Below, in pieces: positions 28,254 to 37,500 of a stretch of DNA of 64,000 bases. The translations under genes and the position numbers were made by a program. The DNA is taken from IMG/VR virus record IMGVR_UViG_3300050821_009835, positions 62,001-126,000 of that record; one strand, written 5' to 3'. Within the stretch, counting starts at the first letter, position 1, and each line of letters starts with the position of its first letter. The notes beneath the pieces are model-generated. The model worked only from the letters and a program-made list of their open reading frames with translations. It searched no databases and was not told the origin of the DNA.

Positions 28254-31200
28254 TTACGAGGCTGTTTCGTATAAAAGTGTTAGCGAGCCCGGCACTAAAA
28301 ATTCCGTACTGCTCATCACGATATCCTTAGCTCCCCCCTGGTTAAATGTTTGGTACGTACATATGTAACTCCGCAAACCAGGATTTGGCACCGCAGGCTC
28401 CGTAATCAAAATGCGCAGTGCATAGCTAGGAATAGGCGTTGTAGCGTTAATTTGATCATTCAAGCCAATGATATAGAATGAAGGAACAGTGGAATTTGCT
28501 AGAAAATCCTGAACACTAACAGCACGACGATATTCTTGACCTTGATATAACAATCCAACAGCAGCACCAGGTAAACCGCCGCTAGGAATTGTATTATCTG
28601 GCAAAACTGGTCCGGCTGTAATAAAAGCGTTCAATGGAACTTGTTGATTTACGAATTCTGGATCTTTGGAAAGCGGGAGCCAGGTTGTATCTGTTGGGAT
28701 AATTATCCCAATGTCGTATGCTCCATTAGCTTTAGCCAGCGTTATAAGCGGCACTTGGACATTTTGAACACCTGTAACCGATTGAATTGCGCTCACGATA
28801 TTCGATTGATACAACGCTCCTACAGCGTTATCCATCGCAATATCGATAGCTGTACGAATGTTAGGATCTACTGTAGCAGCATCGGCGCTGGTCTGTAATT
28901 CAACCGTTGCCGTGACGTTCACCTGGTTAGCAACCATAGCTTTCACAAGAACAGAAGCCCCTGCAGCCTTGGGTAAAGCCAATGTGTTCGTTAAAATCTG
29001 AACGAAAGATGGGTATTCTGTGGAGACATCAAATGTTTCATTGCAGAAGTAAGAAACCTCTACCGTACCTCCATCTGGAATAGTGCCTGTCAAGATGCGT
29101 GTAAGTGTAGCCTGGCCTGATGTAGGGTCGACTGTAAGCGTAAAGTCGATGTTCTCTATTTTTACAATGTCTCCCACTCCATCATTGTAGGTAACCTTGA
29201 TGTAGCGAGAATCGTGCGGGACCTGGGCAGCAATAAGCGTGCTGTAGCCCAGGAACGTAGTTCCAGAGTAAACTGAACCCGCTATGATGGAAGCGGGCAA
29301 ATTCAAACTTTGATCCGTGTTATACACTGCACCATCTAAAGTCAATTTCGTCCCTGGAGTAACATCATCGCTGGCAAACTCATAGCTTTCGGGGAGCCAG
29401 GTATCGTATACAAAACCAAGATTGTTCAACGGGGTAGCAATGGACCCATTGAGCGTTTGTTGTTCTTGAGACACGAAGGTGAGCTGTTCCGCCAGTACAA
29501 ATTTGTTGTAGGCTACGACCACAGTCTGGCCTGTGCTTATGGTTGTATAGTTTGCCGCCCCGGAATCGGGTGCTGGCCCATATGTTCCCGCGTAGTTATA
29601 GGTTGCTGTGAACCCGGTATAGCTTGGGGCAGTACCAACCAAAGCTAGTACAGTAACTGACACACCATTGAGAAACACTGCATTCTGAATATTCGCAAAT
29701 GTAACGGTTTCTCCTGGCACCAAATTACTCACAGGGCAAGTTGCCGTAAGTATGTTGCCAGTGATACCGATTTGCGTAATATTCATCTTCTGCTGCAGAA
29801 CATTCAGCGCATACTGATGATACGGGCCAAAAGCAGTGATGCTGTAATCCACACCAAATACATAGAGTTGCGAAAGATCCGAAGAGCGAACAGAGAGTAT
29901 GTTTTGTGGGGTGCCATTGGAGTTGATGGGCACATCCATGGCTGAATCGATTAAGACTGGACTTGTAGTGTTTGCAACGATATTGGCTGTAACAGGAGCA
30001 GAGATGTTAGAATCAACCTCTACTGTGTCACCTGCGTTTTGAGACAAGCCATTCAAAAAGAAATTAGATGTATGAATTAACTGCACGTCTCCCGGAGGTA
30101 CGAGTCCAGTTGGGCCATTACCCGTAACTGAGTTTACAGACTGTATGGGCTGAATTACCGGGATGTGAATTAGCGGCGATTCTTCACGAGCGAACAAGCT
30201 AAATGAGTAGTTGCTGCCCAGCCCAGAGATTAGTGCAGTAACAGCGGTTAAGTTCGTTGCTGGTTGTCCTGCAATGAGAAGAGGGACTCGAACTTCACTG
30301 ATCGCGCTGCCATTGATCTGATAGCACAGTTCGTTAGGGTTCAAAATAATGTTGCCGTTGACATTGTCAAACTGCGCGGTTTCAACCCCCAAGTAAAATG
30401 GGCTTACTCCTGTGCGATTAACTTGTAGTTGAACCGCTGTATATGGCAAATATGCTAAGGTGCTAAATCCATTAAGACTAAATTTCAGCTGCTGGGCATT
30501 CAGCAAAGTAAGAGGACAATAAGTGGACAATGAATTGAATGTTCCTGTATTCTGATAAGTGAAGAACACTTCTTCTTCCTGGTCAGAAGTTTGCGTTCCT
30601 TCCACGTAAATGTCTACACAGCCGAAAACATGCTTCTGACGTACCGGGTCCCAATCACGCAGCATCTCTAAGTCGCCCGCTGCTACAACTAAAACATCAA
30701 CAACTCCAGGAGTTGCTCGAGCAGCCTTTTTGTACCCGTATCGTGTTCCAGAGTCAAAACCTGCTACCAATGCATCAGCAATACGAGCCGCGAAATTAGC
30801 ATTGCTCTCGTTATCCGTTCCGAAAGCAAATGAGACTTCATTGGTGACGCTCCATCCACCCGGCCCACCGCTGGCGATAACTCGAATAGTCCCCTCCCCC
30901 ACGTTAGTAGCACTGCCTGTAGAAGTGGAATTCGCTGGTATAGTAACTTCCCAACGACCTTCCTGCGGATTGTAATAGGAACTAGCTGTCGCCGGGGTAA
31001 TAGTTCCCGAACCTGTAGTCTGGAAGTTGAGCGCCGGGGTCTGAGCATCAGCTACAGATGATAGTGTAACCCCTACAGGGAACGTGGTGCTTGTGGTAGG
31101 AACTGAGTATGTGAAAAAAGTTACTGTGCCTGTGGAACCTGCTGCGGAAAGTCTCGTTAACCCGGCATCCTCCCCAAGAATGTCAAACTGTTTGCTGATT

Positions 31201-32957
31201 AAATTTTGAGTATCGGTCGCACTCAGGCCGTAAGCGCGAGCAATCTGTTGCTTAAAGGGCGATTGATTGAATGGGTCGCTGATCCCGTTACCACTTACAT
31301 TGTCTATGTAACTAATGGCAGAGATAGAAACAGAGCAGCGAGCAAACCATTCACGAACTGATTGATTAGCAAGCTCTAAAGCAATCGGATCGATCATGAG
31401 GTCTCGCGCTTCGCTACGTGGTGTCAAATCTAATGCAGGATACACCTTGTTGATGGAAGCAATGAGACGACCAGCGATATCTTCCTTCCGTTGTAGGGCA
31501 AGAAAATCTGTTGGTTGTACAAGCCTTAGATTTACAAATCCACAAGTAATTGGGCCATTCTGTTGGGATTCATAGATAGTCTGTGTGTTTGGATCCTGAA
31601 TAACCGTGCTTATCAAAGCGTAGAATTCTTGGTTAGTTAAATTGCTAAAATATGTTAACGGGATATCCACGGAAGAGTAATTCACGGTCTGTGTAGATTC
31701 AGTGGTCGTGATGACGGTCTGATTATCGTTGACCAGTGTAGAGGAATTTGAAGAAATTACAACATTCGCTTCACGAGTTTGGTTATTAACCAAGTTTCCA
31801 TATTGAATGTAAGGTGGATCGATGCCTGCTGGATCCGTGCTCACCATCAAGCGAACGCCAATGAATCCTTGGTACGTGGGAAGCTGCCACTCAATACGGC
31901 AGGAGTTTAGCCCTTTGTAAGATTGGAAAGCAGAAGGAGGGGCGATAACAAGCGCGTCACTGGTCTCATAGTATAGAAGTTGGAACTTAAAAATCGGTGT
32001 AATGGCAAGCGCACCTTCATTTTCCCATTGCACACCTGCCACTGTCGGATCGTTAGTAATGCCATCCAGAGTTTGATTCCAAGTTGGTTCCGTAGTACCT
32101 GAAGTTCCTGCCTGTACAACAACTTGCACATTTCCATTAGGATCAGCCAAACGCTGCCCAAGATTATACGTCGTACTAGCAGTCCAAGCAACTGTTGGAT
32201 CATAATTACGACCGATGATCTGGACAAATGTTAAAGGTTGAGTTGGATCCACAGGGATAGAAGCCATGAAAGTGTTCTGATTTGTCCAAGTCGCTGTACC
32301 TGAGTCAGATATATTGCTCAAGGAAGATGTTGCCACTCCTGCTGTATCGGGAACGCCTGAAGCGTTGTTAACGGTGATCATATTCCCAGCATTTGCAACA
32401 ACCGTGAAAGTGCCGTTGTTTTGGGGCTGCGGAAAATTTGAGAATTTAAATTGAAGCCCGACTAAATAGTTAGTGCCAAAGGTCTGAGGTGGACTTCCAC
32501 CCAAAGTGTATACAGTAGTTCCGTTAACAGCTGCCGCTACAGAAGCAACAATCAGATTCGTTGCTGGGAGCGTATAGCTGGCAGAGAGTGAATCAATGTT
32601 TGATTGAAGTACCGTTAACTGCTGCCCGTTTAAAAACGACTCGTCTGTACCTGCAAGCGTGACTACAGTGTTCGGTTGTGGAAATGCTGCATTAGCAGGT
32701 AAAGTGAAACCCACGGTTAAAACATTATTCACAATTTCAACAGAAGTTACAGATGCTGAAACTGGAGTTGGCACTGCACCCTGATTGATGTATGTTGTAT
32801 TGTAGATGCTAAATTCTACTTGACTGGTACTAAGATCTGTAAGGATAACATAAGGGAGAACAGTCGTATCTATGGACAATACACCTGGCGCAGGAATGCC
32901 TGTTAAAGCTGGGACGACAATGATCAACGGGGCTAAAGATGGCGCTGGTGTTGGCAC
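28254..32957 (-). CDS. Large baseplate J-like protein
   Basis: GLTRL.AAGSTGTVTF, GTDNESNANFAARI, GTRYGYKKAARATPGVVDV; long insertions. Confidence 0.8.
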   Translation of the reverse strand: MPTPAPSLAPLIIVVPALTGIPAPGVLSIDTTVLPYVILTDLSTSQVEFSIYNTTYINQGAVPTPVSASVTSVEIVNNVLTVGFTLPANAAFPQPNTVVTLAGTDESFLNGQQLTVLQSNIDSLSASYTLPATNLIVASVAAAVNGTTVYTLGGSPPQTFGTNYLVGLQFKFSNFPQPQNNGTFTVVANAGNMITVNNASGVPDTAGVATSSLSNISDSGTATWTNQNTFMASIPVDPTQPLTFVQIIGRNYDPTVAWTASTTYNLGQRLADPNGNVQVVVQAGTSGTTEPTWNQTLDGITNDPTVAGVQWENEGALAITPIFKFQLLYYETSDALVIAPPSAFQSYKGLNSCRIEWQLPTYQGFIGVRLMVSTDPAGIDPPYIQYGNLVNNQTREANVVISSNSSTLVNDNQTVITTTESTQTVNYSSVDIPLTYFSNLTNQEFYALISTVIQDPNTQTIYESQQNGPITCGFVNLRLVQPTDFLALQRKEDIAGRLIASINKVYPALDLTPRSEARDLMIDPIALELANQSVREWFARCSVSISAISYIDNVSGNGISDPFNQSPFKQQIARAYGLSATDTQNLISKQFDILGEDAGLTRLSAAGSTGTVTFFTYSVPTTSTTFPVGVTLSSVADAQTPALNFQTTGSGTITPATASSYYNPQEGRWEVTIPANSTSTGSATNVGEGTIRVIASGGPGGWSVTNEVSFAFGTDNESNANFAARIADALVAGFDSGTRYGYKKAARATPGVVDVLVVAAGDLEMLRDWDPVRQKHVFGCVDIYVEGTQTSDQEEEVFFTYQNTGTFNSLSTYCPLTLLNAQQLKFSLNGFSTLAYLPYTAVQLQVNRTGVSPFYLGVETAQFDNVNGNIILNPNELCYQINGSAISEVRVPLLIAGQPATNLTAVTALISGLGSNYSFSLFAREESPLIHIPVIQPIQSVNSVTGNGPTGLVPPGDVQLIHTSNFFLNGLSQNAGDTVEVDSNISAPVTANIVANTTSPVLIDSAMDVPINSNGTPQNILSVRSSDLSQLYVFGVDYSITAFGPYHQYALNVLQQKMNITQIGITGNILTATCPVSNLVPGETVTFANIQNAVFLNGVSVTVLALVGTAPSYTGFTATYNYAGTYGPAPDSGAANYTTISTGQTVVVAYNKFVLAEQLTFVSQEQQTLNGSIATPLNNLGFVYDTWLPESYEFASDDVTPGTKLTLDGAVYNTDQSLNLPASIIAGSVYSGTTFLGYSTLIAAQVPHDSRYIKVTYNDGVGDIVKIENIDFTLTVDPTSGQATLTRILTGTIPDGGTVEVSYFCNETFDVSTEYPSFVQILTNTLALPKAAGASVLVKAMVANQVNVTATVELQTSADAATVDPNIRTAIDIAMDNAVGALYQSNIVSAIQSVTGVQNVQVPLITLAKANGAYDIGIIIPTDTTWLPLSKDPEFVNQQVPLNAFITAGPVLPDNTIPSGGLPGAAVGLLYQGQEYRRAVSVQDFLANSTVPSFYIIGLNDQINATTPIPSYALRILITEPAVPNPGLRSYICTYQTFNQGGAKDIVMSSTEFLVPGSLTLLYETAS

Positions 32958-33764
32958 TTAATTGTTCCCTCCTGGTGTATAATATTGTAAGCTCTTTGTT
33001 GTAGACAATTGAAAACCCAACGGCTGTGTCGTATTTGTTCCATACGAGGACACTGCAAGCGATACATCTACTTGCGTTGGATTGACCGAGTCCAATACCG
33101 CTACCACATTGGTGATGTCCTTCAACATCTCAAAAGGATCCATGTTCTGACCTACGAGTGTTCGTTGAGCCGATTGAATCTGTTGAATGTATCCTAGCGA
33201 TGTTGTGATGGCGTTTGCAATGTCAGCATCCGTTATAGAAACACCGAACTTCTGCCCAATATAACTCTTGATAGGACAAGTATACTGAGGATAAAACGGG
33301 CAAGTAGATGTCAGAATGAATCTTAAGCATTCCTGGACAAGTTTATTTGTTCCCCAGATATGAAGCAACGAACCATTAGAAGCAACAGCATAGTCATTTA
33401 ATTGCCCGTTCCCATTGCATTTGATACAAAAAGGTTGAAATGTGAAATAATCAACCTCGATCAATGGGACAATCAATCGTATTTGCTTGTTAAATAGAAT
33501 CTTCTTGAAAACAAATTGATTACCAGATTCGATTCGATTGGGATCCAACAGAAGTGTGTACCCATAGATTGGATCATCTGGATCCACTAATTCTCCACTG
33601 ATGAAAAGCTGAAGAGCATTGGAAGAATTCACAGGTGCTCTCATATTTATGGTGGTATTCGAAGCCAGATGCAGAGTTCGGAAGTCGTTCTGATCCACGA
33701 TGTAACGTTCTCTAGACTGAGAATGATCGCAGGGTGCAAGGGCAGTATTTAGATCGTAGGACAA
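32958..33764 (-). CDS. Baseplate wedge gp25-like protein
   Basis: Directly upstream of the J-like gene; KLVQECLRFILT...YPQY; likely TTG start after a G-run SD. Confidence 0.55.
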   Translation of the reverse strand: MSYDLNTALAPCDHSQSRERYIVDQNDFRTLHLASNTTINMRAPVNSSNALQLFISGELVDPDDPIYGYTLLLDPNRIESGNQFVFKKILFNKQIRLIVPLIEVDYFTFQPFCIKCNGNGQLNDYAVASNGSLLHIWGTNKLVQECLRFILTSTCPFYPQYTCPIKSYIGQKFGVSITDADIANAITTSLGYIQQIQSAQRTLVGQNMDPFEMLKDITNVVAVLDSVNPTQVDVSLAVSSYGTNTTQPLGFQLSTTKSLQYYTPGGNN

Positions 33765-33837
33765 ATGACCCCCGCGCATGTTGTATCAGTGATTTTCATT
33801 TCGTTAATGTAATCAACAGCTCGTTTTCACGATTTCG

Positions 33838-34560
33838 TTATGTGTTGACTGTGGCTGGTTCCTTGATTAAAATGGGTGTCTGTGGTGTAGAATGATTCAT
33901 TCTCTCAAGTTCCCATTCTGTCGGAGCATCAAACTGATGAACACGGAATCGCGGCCCGTTTGCAGCCCCTTGCCCATATGTATCAGTTTGATCATTAACG
34001 AGAACGGCCTGATACTGATTTTGAGCAAAATAATTGCTGATGCTATTCAGCAAAGCTGTAATCGTAGGCATCTGAAAACTGCTAGTCGTTGGAGTTGACG
34101 AGGTTACAGCATCGTTGGCAAACTGAGCATTATCCTCATTCTTTTCAATCATAGTTCGAACATGATTCATCCAGAACCAAAGTTCGTCATCTCGTTGAAA
34201 TTGAGGCTTCAAGTATTGTTTTAGATATGTCATGACGGTCATTGGAATATGGTCATCACGATAAGCGTAATTGAAGTGCCCGTATGGACCTGGTTTCCAT
34301 GCTTCTTTCTGGAAAGCTGTGGTCAATTTTTGATCATTGAGCGTGGCTGCATACTGTTCTAGAACACCTGCCATCTTACGAAGTTGTTGGGCGCGAATCT
34401 GATAGTGTAACTGGATTCCCGCCTGGCCATTGTTTTGAATAGGAGGAAATTTTCCAGCCCGAGCGTTCACCCAAGACTGGAGATTCCCAAATTGAGTTTG
34501 AGACATATGCCCCAAAAAATTGAATGGTGGGCCAGGAAGGGCATAAACGAACTTAGTCAT
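33838..34560 (-). CDS. Hypothetical structural protein
   Basis: GGAG SD before ATG 34560; baseplate operon context. Confidence 0.6.
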   Translation of the reverse strand: MTKFVYALPGPPFNFLGHMSQTQFGNLQSWVNARAGKFPPIQNNGQAGIQLHYQIRAQQLRKMAGVLEQYAATLNDQKLTTAFQKEAWKPGPYGHFNYAYRDDHIPMTVMTYLKQYLKPQFQRDDELWFWMNHVRTMIEKNEDNAQFANDAVTSSTPTTSSFQMPTITALLNSISNYFAQNQYQAVLVNDQTDTYGQGAANGPRFRVHQFDAPTEWELERMNHSTPQTPILIKEPATVNT

Positions 34561-34577
34561 AAAATCTCCAGAAACGA

Positions 34578-37500
34578 TTAGACTTGGTTTAAGCCAGGGG
34601 TCCAATAGACAGGGTTCATTTGTAACCCGTTTTGATCCACACAAGTGAAGCCTAAATAAGCATTAAATGCAGAAAAAGTCAAATACTCCCCTGAATACAC
34701 CTTAAAAAACACTGTTTCGCCGTTCACTTGCCCAGTATAGGAATTAATCAATACTCCGCCACCCGTTGAATATTGTGTTCCACCCGGCTTACGAGCTAAA
34801 AAGCCCACAGTGTTGCTAACATTTGTAAAATTATAGACTGTCGCTGTGAGTGTTCCACCCCAAGTATCAGGACCGTTCTGAGTTTGATCATAAACAAAAC
34901 TATAAAATTGAGGAGGAATCAAATTATCACCAGTTAAAGTGATCGTAGCAATAGTAGCATTATTAACATAAAGGAAATTGTTCCTTACAAAAGTGTTTAC
35001 TCCACTTAGCCGAGTTAGATCGCCTTGAATCGTGGCAATCATGCTCGCGTTAGTCGTAGTTCCAGAAAGCGGCAGAGTTGCATTTACAGTCCAACCTATT
35101 AAAAACCCAGCCCCATTCTCTACTGGGGTGATGCTGTTTGTCGTAATTCCCCCACTCCAAGTAACGGTGATACCGATTGTGTTGTTGGTACCCGAACCTG
35201 TACCCTGTTGCTGAGGTGATAAAGGTTTAGTGAGAGTAATCGAAAAATTGATAGTAGAGCCATCAGCCACGTGAGTAGTCGGAGAAACACCTGCAACGAA
35301 TGGTGACGGGTTAGCCAAGTAGTCTACTACCACCCCGAGCGATAGTCCTCCTTGACCCACAGGAAATACGTCGTAGGATTTATTGGAACTGTCAAACCAA
35401 GCTACATCTTTAGCAGAAATAGTGAGGTTGGTGGAGGCTATACCAGAAACAATCGCACCGCCGTTGTACCCGAAAACAAACGTAGGTTCATTACTATTTC
35501 CCGCTGGAGCAGAAACCGATAAGAGACCTGAATAAGCCGTGTTATTGCCGGAAAGGCTGAGAGAAGCTGTGGCTGCAGTTGGGTCATCGACCACTTGGGG
35601 GAAAATAAATCCCTGGAGCTCCAGTGAACCCGATGTACGTTCCAAAATAGGGATATATGGCGCCCCGTTCTCAGTAGGAAGAGCAGGAAATAGGGTTAGC
35701 GCGGAGCCATGATTGTACACAGTCCATTTAAAGGTCTGTGAAACAATGATTTGACCTTCTGTCAATGTAAGAACAAAACTGTAGTTACCTGGAGCTTGAT
35801 TAAAACCAGTTCCAGATAAAATAATGGCAGCTGCTCCAGGCACTGAAACACCATTGATGGTTCCCGGCGTTTGTGGTGTTGCTGTGACATTAGGATAATT
35901 TACAGAAGCCTGCAAACCGGATGATGACTTGGTTGTAACCCCTGTTGCTACAACAACAAAGGACTGATTAGGGCGAGTTGTAATGCTACCCACTGCACCG
36001 TTGTCAACATAACCCAAGAAGAAATTAGAAGTACCGTCTTCAAAGTCAATCCCGGACAATAGAGCGAGAGGTGCGGATACAGTGAATGTAAAAGTACCAT
36101 CGGTGTATGCACCAATATTATCTGTTACACGAATAGTGACAGGCTTACTGTAACCTGTGTCATTAGTGGTGCCTGAAACTAGTCCTGTTGTGGAACTATT
36201 TGCTAAAATGGTCAATCCAGTGGGTAATTGATTTTCAGATAGCGGGGAAATACCCCAAGTATACGGGGTGTTTGGATCACCTGCCGCAGCGAATGTCATA
36301 GAGTACGCCTGCCCTGACAATGGTTCATTGGCATTCAACTGAGCCTGCGTTGTTGTAATGGTCAACCCTGCTGCTTGAGCCGTTAAAGATAATGGAGTTG
36401 GAACAGAAGTATTCGCCGGGGACAAACTGTCAGATGCAACAAAGTAGATTGTGTTTGTCCAAACGATATTCGTAACACCCGAAATCACACCCGAACTAGA
36501 AAGAGTAAGACCTGTAGCAATTCCACCAGAAGTCGGGATAGTGGACGGATTAATGTACCCTGGAGTCATCGGGCTAATGACCCAAGTGTACGGTGTTACT
36601 CCACCTGTAGCTGTTAGCTGGAAACCTGTATTCTGATACGAAACTGTATCAATTGCGTTAGGGAGACTGGTTGTGGTGATAGTCACACTGTTAGGATTTG
36701 TGCTCAGCATCAAAACAGCCTCTGCTGTATTGCCAATAACATCAACTGCGACAACTCGTACCGGATAACTAGTCAGGAAAGCTCCTGTATAGTTTCCTGA
36801 TATCGTAGCTGTGCCGCCCGTCCCATTTACCTGCAGTGTTAACCCAGTAGGAAGCAAATTTGGATAAGTAGAAGATGGAGCAATTTCCCATTGAACAGGG
36901 GTTACAAATGTTCCCTCCGCAATCAGTGTTCCTTGATATGCGATACCACGCGATATCTGATTTACCCCACTGGAGTTAATCGTGAATGTCCATACTCCTG
37001 TACGAATGGTGAAACTCTCATTGACTGGGCCATCAGCATGGCTGTCGTTCAACGTAATAATAACAGGCGTCGGGCTATAGGAAGTCCCGGGCCATGTCCC
37101 ATAAAACCATCCTCCACCAGGAGGAGTAGTCGTTTCAGTAGCCGGGGGATTTGGAGCCGTTGCCGTAAATGTGATGCCACTAGGCAATGCTATATTGTTC
37201 ATCTGCCAAGTGTAAGGCGGGACGCCTCCTGCTCCCTGAACCTTAAAAGAATACCCAGTTGGATCATTCGTAACTGTAGCAATTTGATCTGTAACAATTC
37301 GCAGATTGTTGTTGTAAGTTAAGTCGAGTGCAGCTGTAGTTGTTGCTCCTCGTGAATCTGTCAATATAAAAGTGATGTTTCCCAAGTCTGTGGGGCTTGC
37401 ACCTGGGGGCGAGGCGAGGGTTCCAGTCAATTTTCCAGTTGAAATATTCAAGGTCAAACCAACAAAATTACCCACTGTCGGGGCTGCAATACCCCCACTT